The notes under the pieces are model-generated. The model ran no database searches. It had not been told where the DNA came from and was given only the letters and a program-made list of their open reading frames with translations. 64,000 nucleotides of DNA, taken from positions 38,943 to 102,942 of the forward strand of contig JBARSF010000071.1 in NCBI GenBank assembly GCA_049644605.1. Direction: 5' to 3'. This stretch comes from Anaerolineales bacterium. Lineage in GTDB: Bacteria > Chloroflexota > Anaerolineae > Anaerolineales > UBA11858. Shown one piece after another: positions 1-9,501 of this stretch; within the stretch, counting starts at the first letter, position 1; every line of letters starts with the position of its first letter. The translations under genes and the position numbers were made by a program.

Positions 1-168
1 GGAGTGTCGGACATTCCTGCCTGGCAGATCGCGACCAGTATCGGGGTTTTAGGGCTTTCAATAATCGTGGGACTTTATCTCTCAATAAGGATTTTCAGGA
101 TGTTCATGTTAATGTACGGGAAAAGACCGAATTTAGGGGAAATTATCCAAGGTTTAAAAGCTACTTAA
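1..168 (+). CDS. 3' end of a membrane-protein gene truncated by the window edge
   Basis: Frame 1 is open from base 1 to TAA at 166-168 (GVSDIPAWQIATSIGVLGLSIIVGLYLSIRIF...KAT*). It contains one hydrophobic helix-like stretch and is followed by a terminator at 282-326. Confidence 0.35.
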   Translation, partial: GVSDIPAWQIATSIGVLGLSIIVGLYLSIRIFRMFMLMYGKRPNLGEIIQGLKAT

Positions 169-281
169 TTCCCTCTCCTATGCTTTGCTGGTGTTTATAT
201 AATGCCTGGTAAGTAAACGTTAGCAGGAACAATCCTCATCTGCCTGATTTGTGCCGGATCAAAAAAACTAATTCATCCAAT

Positions 282-326
282 AAATCCAATCCTTTTTTAT
301 TAAACACAGGGTTGGATTTATTTTTT
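282..326 (+). terminator. Intrinsic terminator hairpin
   Basis: AAATCCAATCC (282-292) pairs with GGGTTGGATTT (309-319), 11 bp including one G-U. A T6 run follows at 321-326. Confidence 0.6.
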
Positions 327-392
327 CCCTGCATTTATTTCAATAGGTTACAATACCTGTATTAATCGTAAAAGGCAGGTTTTATTTCTTTT

Positions 393-1349
393 GTGAGGTG
401 GTCGATGAGAGACAATGGCAAACACCTGATCAGTTCATCTACCAGGCGCTTTTATCAAGAAGGAAAAAAGTTGGAGAATTATTCCCTGTATGATTTTTTC
501 CATGGATATCTTTATGCCAAATGGCCTTACTTGTATATCGGAGTTGCTACCGGTGAACATAAATTAAGTAAAATTCTACAACCGATCTTCCTTTTTTTAT
601 CTCTGATTCTAAGCCCCTTTTCAAATAATCACACCTCAGATGGTGGTAGCACCTGGGCAGACACTTATCACGGGAAAGTGGTTCCTATTGAGGAAGCCAA
701 GAACCTGGTAACAATCCAGGAGGAGATTATCCTCAAGGATTTAGAACCGATCATCCCGTATACCCGTGCCAGGGATATCATTATGCAAAATCCGGAGCGG
801 TTAGCTACTATGGATTGTCCTTGCCGATCCATACGGACTAACCCCTGCTACCCGCTTGATGTTTGCCTGATTATCGGAGATCCATTTGTTAGTTTTATTC
901 TTGAGCATCAGCCCGAAAAAGCCCGCCTGATTTCCTCCCAGGAAGCCATATCTATCCTCCAGGCAGAACATGAACAGGGACATGTGCATCATGCATTCTT
1001 TAAAGATGCCATGTTAAACCGGTTTTATGCTATTTGCAATTGCTGTGCTTGCTGCTGTGGAGCTTTTCAAGCGCATAAAAATGGAACTCCGATGCTTACC
1101 GCATCTGGTTACTCCGCAGAAATAAACCCTGATCTCTGTGAGGGTTGCGGGATTTGTCAGGAATTCTGTCAATTCTCCGCTATTGAAATTACCGCTGGCA
1201 AGGCAGCTGTAAACCTGGAAGCATGTTTTGGTTGTGGTGTTTGTGTCGATAAATGCGAAAACAATGCGGTAGCGCTGACTTTAAACCCGTCAAAAGGTGT
1301 GCCATTGGAAATTCATAAATTAATGAATGAAGCTCAACTTGTAGGTTGA
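393..1349 (+). CDS. 4Fe-4S dicluster domain protein with N-terminal hydrophobic segment
   Basis: Two ferredoxin-type motifs sit at the C-terminus (CEGCGICQEFC and CFGCGVCVDKC), plus a Cys-rich CNCCACCC stretch. The start is uncertain: GTG at 393 or ATG at 405. Confidence 0.7.
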   Translation: MRWSMRDNGKHLISSSTRRFYQEGKKLENYSLYDFFHGYLYAKWPYLYIGVATGEHKLSKILQPIFLFLSLILSPFSNNHTSDGGSTWADTYHGKVVPIEEAKNLVTIQEEIILKDLEPIIPYTRARDIIMQNPERLATMDCPCRSIRTNPCYPLDVCLIIGDPFVSFILEHQPEKARLISSQEAISILQAEHEQGHVHHAFFKDAMLNRFYAICNCCACCCGAFQAHKNGTPMLTASGYSAEINPDLCEGCGICQEFCQFSAIEITAGKAAVNLEACFGCGVCVDKCENNAVALTLNPSKGVPLEIHKLMNEAQLVG

Positions 1350-1391
1350 GCTTTAGATTTCTTTAGTAGGTCAGGTTTTCTTTAGTATTCT

Positions 1392-1868
1392 CTAGTGAAT
1401 CGAAATCACCTGTCCACTGGTTGCCGAGACTAATTCCATTGGACGAATTCTGAAAACAGCGTTGGGTGACCCTGCCGCTGCCCAGATAATTGGATGCTCA
1501 AGTAAGTCTTTATCCACAAAAATCGGGATTTTTTGCGATAAACCAAATGGGGATACGCCCCCGATCGCAAATCCTGTTTCATCGCGGACAAACTGAGCTG
1601 AAGCAAATTGAATTTCTTCCCCGATTAGAGTACCCACGTGATCTTCATTTACCTGATTGGACCCGCTGGTTAATACCAGGAGAGGTTTTTGGCTTGATTT
1701 TGTTTGAAATACCAATGACTTGACAATCTGGCCCACATGGCAGCCTACAGCAGCAGCTGCTTCAGCGGCTGTTCGGGTGCTTTGTGGTAGTTCCTTAACA
1801 TCCGTTGAGATATCCAGATTCGCCAGGGCATCCTGGACTCGCTGAACACTAGGTTTAACCTGATCCAT
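1392..1868 (-). CDS. YbaK/EbsC-family aminoacyl-tRNA deacylase domain protein
   Basis: VKSLVF...PLLVLTSG...GGVSPFG pattern typical of YbaK/ProX editing domains. I chose the ATG at 1868 (MDQVKP), which is preceded by GGAAAGGAAA; the ORF also allows 1898. Confidence 0.7.
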   Translation of the reverse strand: MDQVKPSVQRVQDALANLDISTDVKELPQSTRTAAEAAAAVGCHVGQIVKSLVFQTKSSQKPLLVLTSGSNQVNEDHVGTLIGEEIQFASAQFVRDETGFAIGGVSPFGLSQKIPIFVDKDLLEHPIIWAAAGSPNAVFRIRPMELVSATSGQVISIH

Positions 1869-1890
1869 GCTTTGGATTTCCTTTCCGAGA

Positions 1891-2424
1891 TTATTCACTC
1901 ACGACAGATAGATCCACATATACTGGATCTCCGAACCGTTTTCCTTTTGGATCAAACGCCTGCCACCAGCTATTATATCGTCCTGAGTTATCCGGTGCGG
2001 TGAACACAATCTCCAGCACAGCCTTTGTGCCCCCCTGCGCAGGATAAAGCGACTGATTTGTTTTTGCGCCCAGCGTTAAACCGGATATCAGCTGCAGGGA
2101 GTAGGTTTGATCCCAATTACAGCTGCCTTCATTGGAAATTAACCAGCGTTTAGTGATTCTTTCGCCCGGTGAGACTTCTGTTCCATCCGGAATTGTCAGG
2201 TCTTTTAAAAATCGAAGTTGATTTACACACTTTCCTTGCTGGGTAGGTGTAGCGGTAGGTATGGATTCGGGATTAAGAACAGTTGAAGGACCGGACGTTG
2301 GGGGAATAAACAACGCCTTTGGTGTAATTGTTGCAGGGCTTATTTCTCCCTGGCAGCTTGTGAGCAGGATTAACAGCAGGATAATCCAGGCTATATAGTT
2401 AACTATTTTCCAGGGCCTCTTCAT
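1891..2424 (-). CDS. Secreted lipoprotein with NBR1-like Ig-type domain
   Basis: Signal peptide with lipobox LLTSC, a Pro/Thr linker, then ...[26 protein letters not shown], which resembles NBR1-like domains. Start chosen at MKRPWK. Confidence 0.5.
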   Translation of the reverse strand: MKRPWKIVNYIAWIILLLILLTSCQGEISPATITPKALFIPPTSGPSTVLNPESIPTATPTQQGKCVNQLRFLKDLTIPDGTEVSPGERITKRWLISNEGSCNWDQTYSLQLISGLTLGAKTNQSLYPAQGGTKAVLEIVFTAPDNSGRYNSWWQAFDPKGKRFGDPVYVDLSVVSE

Positions 2425-3463
2425 CTTCACTAACAATTCCAGAGTCACCGGTGTCCGTTTTCAGCTGTGATTGATCCAGAACCAGGGCTCGGATTTCCCT
2501 TTCAATCTCCTGGGCAATATCCGGATTCACTTTCAAGTATTCTTTTGCCTTTTCGCGTCCTTGGGCAATCCGGAGATCATCACCATAATAATAGAAAGAT
2601 CCGCGTTTTTCCATCACACCAACCTCAACTGCCAGATCCAGTATGTCGCCTGATTTTGAGATACCTTCTTCATGCATGATGTCAAATTCAGCTGTCCGGA
2701 AAGGGGGAGCAACTTTATTCTTTACAACCCGGACCCGTGTTCGACTGCCAACAATATCTGTCCCTGATTTAATGGATTGAATCCTGCGGACGTCCAAACG
2801 GATGGAGCTGTAAAATTTCAGGGCTCTGCCCCCGGGTGTGGTTTCTGGATTGCCAAAAACAACGCCAATCTTTTCTCGCAGCTGGTTTGTGAATATCAGG
2901 CAGGTATTGGTTTGTTTGATGGCGCCTGAGAGTTTTCTGAGCGCTTGTGACATCAACCGCGCCATAAGACCCATATGGGAGTCGCCCATATCTCCTTCAA
3001 TCTCCGCGCGGGGAACCAAAGCAGCAACCGAGTCGATGATGATTACATCAACAGCGCCGGAACGGATCAGCGACTCAGCAATCTCAAGGGCTTGTTCTCC
3101 GGTATCGGGTTGAGAAATTAATAAGTTATCAATATCCACACCGGTTCGGGCGGCGTAGGATGGGTCGAGAGCGTGTTCCATATCGATAAAAGCTGCTGTT
3201 CCGCCGATTTTTTGCGCTTCAGCAACAATATGCTGACAAATGGTGGTTTTGCCGGATGCTTCTGGACCATAAATTTCGGTTACTCTGCCTTTGGGTATGC
3301 CGCCTACGCCAAGTGCGAGATCAAGGGATAGTGTACCAGTGGGTATTACGTCAACCGCCAAACTTTTCGAATCACCAAGCTTCATTATCGCCCCCTCCCC
3401 GAAGCGTTTTGTGATATCCTGCAAAGTTTTGTCTAAAGCTGTTTTCCGTGGATCATCAGCCAT
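2399..3463 (-). CDS. recA: Recombinase RecA
   Basis: Walker [10 protein letters not shown], the RecA core ([18 protein letters not shown]) and an acidic C-tail. ATG at 3463 is preceded by GGAGGA; the upstream 20 codons of the ORF look like non-coding read-in. Confidence 0.97.
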   Translation of the reverse strand: MADDPRKTALDKTLQDITKRFGEGAIMKLGDSKSLAVDVIPTGTLSLDLALGVGGIPKGRVTEIYGPEASGKTTICQHIVAEAQKIGGTAAFIDMEHALDPSYAARTGVDIDNLLISQPDTGEQALEIAESLIRSGAVDVIIIDSVAALVPRAEIEGDMGDSHMGLMARLMSQALRKLSGAIKQTNTCLIFTNQLREKIGVVFGNPETTPGGRALKFYSSIRLDVRRIQSIKSGTDIVGSRTRVRVVKNKVAPPFRTAEFDIMHEEGISKSGDILDLAVEVGVMEKRGSFYYYGDDLRIAQGREKAKEYLKVNPDIAQEIEREIRALVLDQSQLKTDTGDSGIVSEDEEALENS

Positions 3464-3535
3464 TTTATCCTCCTGAAAATAAATAGATTTCCACCTTACT
3501 TGCCTTATTTTAGTGTAGCACAAATGTTCTAAACG

Positions 3536-4726
3536 TCAAGGGGAGGGTGAAAAGAAAACTTCGGGTGTTGGGGGAAAGTCAGTAGTTATTCCCTTCCAGA
3601 CATTAAACTTGATGAACGTAACCTGTCCCGGGCGAATCTCAATTTCCACCTGTGAGGCATATCCAACAGCTGTGACTGGAATTGAAAGTAAATAGGTTCC
3701 AGCTGGGATATTGGCGATTGTGACATTTTCCTTGTAATAGGGGTCGCCATTAATGGCTTGATTTTGATACGATTTCCCTATCCATAAACGATCTGAAGAT
3801 TCATCCTGTGTTCCCGGATCTTCTTTGGGAGTCAGGTAGACAGTTTGTTGTTCCAGCAACCTGCCGCCATAAGTTAATATCTGTCCTACCAGGATGCCCC
3901 ATCCCTGGGGTGGAGAAATCCACAGATCAGGATTCCGGGTAGAAAAATATTCGTTTTTGCCCACCCGGACTTCAAAATGCAGATGGGGGCCTGTGGTTTT
4001 CCCTGTTTTTCCCATCAACCCGATTTGGTCGCCTGCCTTCACCTGATCTTCTTCCTCAACATGGATTTCATCCAGATGAGCATAAAGAGTATAAAGCGAT
4101 TGTCCCTGGTAACTAAACGAGTGTTCAATCACGACTGCCTTTCCATATGGATCATCCAGGACATCAGAACCTCCCCGGTAGATACCGTACCCAGCATATA
4201 TTACTTTCCCGTCTCCTGCTGCCCGGATCGGAGTCCCAATATCTCCAGGGATGTCAATCCCGGTATGAACTACGTCCTCAAAGAATACATCCCCATATCC
4301 GTAGACAGTAAAAGCCGGTTCGATATCGTATGCCGCAATCGGATTAAAGAAATAAAAATGGTCCTGTGGACTTGGCACCCAGGGAACAGGATAGACCGGG
4401 GGCCTCCAGGCTGAAAATGATTTTTGGGGGTCAGGGGGAACGGAAAACTCTGGTGTGTTTTGAATCGGCTCAGGTGTGGGGCTGATGTCTGGAACACTGG
4501 TGGGTGGCAAGGTGGCTAGATTTAAGCTCACCTGGGTTTTGGTTGGTTCCCCGGGAGTAAAGCTGGCTGCTGTCGTATTCGTTGGCATTGGTGGCTTATC
4601 CGCTTCTGATCCGGGGAGACTGATTTGCAGGGCGCAGCCGCTCAGCAGAAGCAGAGCCAAAGAATAATTAATACTTCGCAGTAATATTGTTTTACCCACT
4701 GAATTGACCTTCGAAAATCGTTTCAT
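3536..4726 (-). CDS. M23 (LytM-type) metallopeptidase, membrane anchored
   Basis: HTGIDI...GD and GPHLHFEV motifs of the M23 family. N-terminal signal/anchor and a Pro/Thr-rich linker. Start at MKRFSK (4726), just downstream of the preceding stop. Confidence 0.85.
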   Translation of the reverse strand: MKRFSKVNSVGKTILLRSINYSLALLLLSGCALQISLPGSEADKPPMPTNTTAASFTPGEPTKTQVSLNLATLPPTSVPDISPTPEPIQNTPEFSVPPDPQKSFSAWRPPVYPVPWVPSPQDHFYFFNPIAAYDIEPAFTVYGYGDVFFEDVVHTGIDIPGDIGTPIRAAGDGKVIYAGYGIYRGGSDVLDDPYGKAVVIEHSFSYQGQSLYTLYAHLDEIHVEEEDQVKAGDQIGLMGKTGKTTGPHLHFEVRVGKNEYFSTRNPDLWISPPQGWGILVGQILTYGGRLLEQQTVYLTPKEDPGTQDESSDRLWIGKSYQNQAINGDPYYKENVTIANIPAGTYLLSIPVTAVGYASQVEIEIRPGQVTFIKFNVWKGITTDFPPTPEVFFSPSP

Positions 4727-4733
4727 ATAATAA

Positions 4734-6584
4734 TCAGGGATTAGCGGAATTGGGAAAAGATTGAATTTCACTAGCTGAATATAATTCAAGGAGTGCGGAT
4801 TGCAGACTTAGTCCCTGTGTAAAAGCAAATAATTGATATCGGGCGGCAGATTCTGAAAATTGCCAGTGCGATTGAGCAGGGAAACGTATCCAGCCATAAG
4901 CTGCGGCTAGCTCAGTAAAGTCGATCCAATATCCTCCTGGGATGTTACCCGAGATAGCTCCTCCATTTTCGTAATAAAAATTTGACCCGGAAAACCGGGC
5001 ATTAAAATCCCAATAATAGTTGTGGAGGGGAAGGCCCTGTGCACCGTGCTGGTCGTTTGTCCGGATATATATTCGCCAGAATGTCGAAGATCCAAAATCT
5101 TCTTTCACAGAGAGAAGCCAATTTGCCAATCTGGGGATGTCATTAACCAGCAGTCCTCGTCCAGTGTGCAACCAATCCAGGTTAATACCCGGATCCAAAG
5201 GTTCTGCAAGTGGTATATAAGCGTGTTCCAGAGTAGCAAGAAAGTCCCATCCAGCTAAATCCTTGATTTCTTTTCTAAGTGCCGCAAATGAGTCGACAGC
5301 GTCTTCGTTTAATTGGGGAAAGGGTGCATTAAGATTTCTCAGCTGTATTAGGTCCTTGTTCAGTACCTCTGCATCATCTTCCAGGAGGGGAGCAGGATAC
5401 CAGAGAGGTGAGGGATCCGCCTCTGTACCAGCTCCAGGTGGATTGGGAAGAGAGAACCCTTTAGCCCAGCTGATACCAGCTATGGCTCCAGGCAATTTTA
5501 CAGCTGGCAGCATAACCTGGTGTTCACTATTTACACCAGGATATGCGGTGAGAAAAGTCTCATAAGGCGTCTCAACCAGTGAATACAGAATTTCCCCCGC
5601 ACCCCCCCAGATTGGCCAATCCCCGGTTCCAACCAGGGTTGGACTCCTCTTTGGGTGTTCTGAATCCCAGGTAACAAGGGAATGGTTGCCATCTTCGGTA
5701 ACCACTGACCAGGATAGATATCTGCCGTCGGTTGTCCAGGTGGGGTGTTGAATACTCGAACCCGGGAGGTTCGGTATCCGGACCGCTTTATCTTCTTCCG
5801 GTAAATCAAGATCTGCATACCACACTTCCTGTCTGCCGTTTCTGGTGCTGATAAAACTTATCATGCGACCTTGGCCGGACCAATTAGGTGCATAATCTGC
5901 CGCAGGGTGGTTTGTCAGGGGTGTGGGGCCCCGTATTTGATCAAGATCCTGGATGAAAATATCCAGATTGCTGAGGTGGTAGCTCTCATAAGCCAACCAT
6001 TTTCCATCTGGTGACCAGGATGGATTCCCATCATATGCCCTGGTATTGGTAAATTTACTGGTTTCACCTGTTAATAAATCGAGAATGTAAAGATCCCAAT
6101 AACCCTCCCGATTTGACGAGAAAGCAATTTTTTTTCCATCCGGACTGATGGCTGGAGTTATATCGTGCTGGTTTCCGGAAGTGATTCGTGTTAATGGTAG
6201 TGCGCTCAACGACCCTTCGGCTTCACTTTCCAGAAACGGCTGGTAAGCAAATAAGTGAATATCTGTGCCTTCCCTGATAGATAGTACTAAAGCGCCAAAC
6301 TGTGAGGGATTCAGATAAGAGATAGGTGTTGGTGGTGGTTCCAGTGTGGGTGTAAGGCTGGGAACTGCAATCGAGGCCCTAGACTCTGTAGCAGGAATGG
6401 TTGGTGTTACCTCATCAACTAATGACTCCTGGGAGGTCCTCGCATTAATCCTGGATCGGGTACTCGGATATAAGAGGATGGCTGTGATGATCAAAGCTGC
6501 GCCGATAAAAATCAGAATCAAATTGGATGGTATTTTTTGTTCTAGTTTTTGATGGTTGTTTCCCATCGAATTGTCAGAGTTCAT
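4734..6584 (-). CDS. PD40/TolB-like beta-propeller protein with uncharacterised C-terminal domain
   Basis: N-terminal TM helix. Repeated SPDGKKIAFSS / SWSPDGKWLAYES PD40 repeats. The last ~230 aa match no family I recognise. Confidence 0.75.
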   Translation of the reverse strand: MNSDNSMGNNHQKLEQKIPSNLILIFIGAALIITAILLYPSTRSRINARTSQESLVDEVTPTIPATESRASIAVPSLTPTLEPPPTPISYLNPSQFGALVLSIREGTDIHLFAYQPFLESEAEGSLSALPLTRITSGNQHDITPAISPDGKKIAFSSNREGYWDLYILDLLTGETSKFTNTRAYDGNPSWSPDGKWLAYESYHLSNLDIFIQDLDQIRGPTPLTNHPAADYAPNWSGQGRMISFISTRNGRQEVWYADLDLPEEDKAVRIPNLPGSSIQHPTWTTDGRYLSWSVVTEDGNHSLVTWDSEHPKRSPTLVGTGDWPIWGGAGEILYSLVETPYETFLTAYPGVNSEHQVMLPAVKLPGAIAGISWAKGFSLPNPPGAGTEADPSPLWYPAPLLEDDAEVLNKDLIQLRNLNAPFPQLNEDAVDSFAALRKEIKDLAGWDFLATLEHAYIPLAEPLDPGINLDWLHTGRGLLVNDIPRLANWLLSVKEDFGSSTFWRIYIRTNDQHGAQGLPLHNYYWDFNARFSGSNFYYENGGAISGNIPGGYWIDFTELAAAYGWIRFPAQSHWQFSESAARYQLFAFTQGLSLQSALLELYSASEIQSFPNSANP

Positions 6585-6602
6585 ATACGATATTCCACAA
6601 AA

Positions 6603-8018
6603 TTAGTAGCTTTGTCGCAGCCAGTTTGGGAAGTAGGATTTTAATCGACCCTGGACATTTTTTCCCCAGCCAAGGGGAAACCCCGCTACGGTTACCAGTA
6701 CCCAACCTTTATCCGGGACTCCCTCTTTTGGATATAGGATTGGCGATCCCCGAAGATAAGAAATCAGGTCCGGATTATCTAATTGAAATTCTATCACCAT
6801 TTGTGAATCCTCTCTGGCCAAGCCGAAAGCTAGAGCAGAACTGGGAATAAAACGGTTAGAGTGGATTGTGCCCAGCCACCACCCCCAATGATGCACCCGG
6901 AGACCCTCAAGAGAGGGTGCCTCTCGCGGTATCCAATAAAGACGATTCCCGAAGACTGCCAAAGCGGAAACACCAGGTGAGATAACCTCGGTCCTCCAGG
7001 TTCTTTTTAACGAGTTAAGGAAAAAATCTTCATATACTCTCTTGTGATCGGAAGCAATCCCGGGCGGATTTTTTTGGGAATTTGGTTTCCTGGCAGTTTT
7101 TTCTTCTATGTTTCTCAGTCGAGCAATAAAATGGCCTTCTCCAGGAGCCAGATGGGGCCAGATCCGGATAGTCCGGTTTATCGCGTCTGGATCACTTTCT
7201 GAGTGTGGGATTCCGCTGGAAAACCCGGGCTGGTGAGAGATTGGATCAAGAACAAAATTGGGATTCTTCTGAAGGAATCTCGTCACAGAACCTTCATTCT
7301 CCAATTGATTAAATGTACAGGTTGAATAAACCAGGATTCCGCCGGGTCGAACCATTTTAGCGGTAAACCAGAGAAGTTCATCCTGGATCGATGCGCACCG
7401 CCTAGTGAAACTGGTTGACCATTTCTTAATTTCCGCTGGATCCCCACGGAATGTCCCTTCCCCTGAACAGGGCGCATCCACCAGGATCCGGTCAAAAATC
7501 GGACCAAAACGTGTTGATAATTTCTCTGGGACTTCACAGGTAATGACTGCATTGTTGGCACCCCAGCGATCAACATTGCGAACCAGGGATTGCACCCTGC
7601 GGGGGTTGGAATCGTTCGCTACCAATACACCCTGGTTCTTCATCAGCGATAAAATTTGAGTTGTTTTTCCTCCGGGAGCCGCGCAAAGATCAAGGATTAA
7701 CTCTCCAGGCTGAGGATCAAGCACACCAACCGGAGCCATTGCTGAAGGTTCCTGCAAATAAAATAAGCCAGCAGCGTGGTAGGGGTGTTTTCCCAGCTTA
7801 AAGCCTTGCGGAAGCTGGCAGCCATCATCAACCCATGGCAGGGGTTTACAATCGGTTGATAATATTTGTCGGATCTTTTCCGGGTTCGATTTAAGGGAGT
7901 TTATTCGCACTCCGGAGATTGCCGGCTTTGTTAGTATTTCATCCAAAAACCGGGAAGATTGCTCTCCAAGAAGGCGATTGATTTCAGTGATAAAGTTTGC
8001 CGGGAGGTGAGTTGTCAC
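6603..8018 (-). CDS. RsmB/RsmF (NOL1/NOP2/Sun) family rRNA m5C methyltransferase
   Basis: DLCAAPGGKT SAM motif and DAPCSGEGTFR catalytic-Cys motif. The ~470 aa length with a C-terminal extension is as in RsmF. Confidence 0.85.
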   Translation of the reverse strand: MTTHLPANFITEINRLLGEQSSRFLDEILTKPAISGVRINSLKSNPEKIRQILSTDCKPLPWVDDGCQLPQGFKLGKHPYHAAGLFYLQEPSAMAPVGVLDPQPGELILDLCAAPGGKTTQILSLMKNQGVLVANDSNPRRVQSLVRNVDRWGANNAVITCEVPEKLSTRFGPIFDRILVDAPCSGEGTFRGDPAEIKKWSTSFTRRCASIQDELLWFTAKMVRPGGILVYSTCTFNQLENEGSVTRFLQKNPNFVLDPISHQPGFSSGIPHSESDPDAINRTIRIWPHLAPGEGHFIARLRNIEEKTARKPNSQKNPPGIASDHKRVYEDFFLNSLKRTWRTEVISPGVSALAVFGNRLYWIPREAPSLEGLRVHHWGWWLGTIHSNRFIPSSALAFGLAREDSQMVIEFQLDNPDLISYLRGSPILYPKEGVPDKGWVLVTVAGFPLGWGKNVQGRLKSYFPNWLRQSY

Positions 8019-8407
8019 TGGATGGAAAAAGAGGTTGAAGCGCTGTCGATCAGGGATTGTTTAAAATCAAGTCGCTGCTCCCCTTCCTGTTCGATTTCTT
8101 CTTCCTCGATATTAAACACATCAACAGCAGCTGTATAGATGCCGGGCTTTTTATGATTTCCAGGAATATGGATGGTGATTTCATTTTCCTGACTAAAAAT
8201 ACTAACGATATTAATGGATGCCAGCTGCAGATCATCCTGGTCAGAAATATTTATTACTGCATTTGGTCCCCTTTGGAAAGAAGACAATAGTAGCTTGATT
8301 TTGACCCGGCGTCCATCAGGATAGGGCTCAGCTATAAAAGCCTTGATTTTTATTTCGCCCTGATCAATAGGGGAGGGTGATGAATTTGAAAATTGATTAA
8401 CGTTCAT
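8015..8407 (-). CDS. Hypothetical protein (130 aa)
   Basis: Open frame whose stop overlaps the start of the downstream methyltransferase gene by 4 nt. No recognisable motif. Confidence 0.5.
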   Translation of the reverse strand: MNVNQFSNSSPSPIDQGEIKIKAFIAEPYPDGRRVKIKLLLSSFQRGPNAVINISDQDDLQLASINIVSIFSQENEITIHIPGNHKKPGIYTAAVDVFNIEEEEIEQEGEQRLDFKQSLIDSASTSFSIQ

Positions 8408-8468
8408 AGTGTCAAATACTCACAGAATTCTATCTGATCCGTTACCTCTGGATAAGTGTACCATTGAT

Positions 8469-8505
8469 GAAAAAAAAACGTCCAGCCGACGGGCTGGACG
8501 TTTTT
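8469..8505 (-). terminator. Bidirectional intrinsic terminator after degV
   Basis: ACGTCCAGCC (8478-8487), loop GACG, GGCTGGACGT (8492-8501): a perfect 10 bp stem. It is flanked by an A-run on one side and a T-run on the other. Confidence 0.85.
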
Positions 8506-8532
8506 AAGTTATTTTTGAATCGTTTCCAGGAT

Positions 8533-9381
8533 TTACATATCTACCAGATATGCCAACCCCACTGCTCCCGGACCGGCATGGGTCCCGAGAACAGGACTGA
8601 GTTCAGAGAATACCTTCTCCACCAGGGTTAACCTCTTAACTGCTTCATCCAGGATAAATTGGGCTGTCTCTGGATTGTTGGCATGCAAGGTTGCCAAGCG
8701 GATGTTTTTGTGCCCTTCAGTCCTTTCTACAATTAGATCCACGATCGCTTCCAGGGCTTTCTTTTGTGTTCGGACCTGATCCAGGGTCACTATTACACCG
8801 TCCTCAATTGCCAGGATTGGTTTCACATTCAAGAGGGTTCCCACAAATCGTTTTGCGCTTCCGATTCTGCCTCCCCGGTGTAAAAACTCCAATGTATCAA
8901 GCACAAAGATCACCCCAGAGCGGTCCCTGGCATCCTCTGCAATCCGTTTACATTCAGCAAGCGAGGCGCCGTTTTTGGCTGCTCTGGCAGCAGCCAGCAC
9001 ATGGAAACCGTGGGCCATTGCGAGGGTTCTTGAATTTACAATCTCAATTGTGGCTTCGGGGAGCATTTTTTTTGCCTGGGTGGCAGAGGATATAGTACCG
9101 GAGAGGGCCTCCGTTAATAGGATGGCAAGTATTTCATATCCATCTTGGTAGAGGGAACGAAATAGCACTTCAAAATCAGCCACAGATGGCTGGGAAGTGC
9201 TGGGCATAACTTTGGCAGTTTCGAGTCGATTGTAAAACTCAGTATTTGTGATATCCACGCCATCATAATAGGATTCCTCTCCCCAGATAACGGTTAGAGG
9301 AACAACATGAATCCCAAGTTCTTTTATTAAATGTTCTGGTATATTCGGCGAACTATCAGTAACGATCGCTAATTTAGACAT
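8533..9381 (-). CDS. DegV family fatty-acid-binding protein
   Basis: IVTDSS N-terminus, TSQPS, and LEFLHRGGRIG motifs typical of DegV. 282 aa. Confidence 0.9.
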   Translation of the reverse strand: MSKLAIVTDSSPNIPEHLIKELGIHVVPLTVIWGEESYYDGVDITNTEFYNRLETAKVMPSTSQPSVADFEVLFRSLYQDGYEILAILLTEALSGTISSATQAKKMLPEATIEIVNSRTLAMAHGFHVLAAARAAKNGASLAECKRIAEDARDRSGVIFVLDTLEFLHRGGRIGSAKRFVGTLLNVKPILAIEDGVIVTLDQVRTQKKALEAIVDLIVERTEGHKNIRLATLHANNPETAQFILDEAVKRLTLVEKVFSELSPVLGTHAGPGAVGLAYLVDM

Positions 9382-9383
9382 AA

Positions 9384-9455
9384 AACCTCTCTTTCGGAGA
9401 AATAATGGATTTCTTCAACTATTGAAGAATACAACACAATCCTAAAAGAGAGGTT
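9384..9455 (-). promoter_or_regulatory. Long-range stem that sequesters the degV ribosome-binding site
   Basis: On the minus strand AACCTCTCTTT (9445-9455) pairs with AAAGAGAGGTT (9384-9394). The second arm contains the only SD-like sequence, 2-3 nt before ATG 9381. An inner hairpin is TTCTTCAA/TTGAAGAA (9411-9429). Confidence 0.4.
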
Positions 9456-9501
9456 ACGATCCTATTTTGTTCTTTTTCCCTTAATTAGCAGCAACCGTGA
9501 G

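Noticed and set aside
2399-2448. The 50-nt overlap between the recA 3' end and the upstream part of the lipoprotein ORF as a programmed overlap.
   Set aside because: It most likely reflects start-codon choice. Starting the lipoprotein at MKRPWK (2424) leaves a modest 26-nt overlap, which is common in compact operons.
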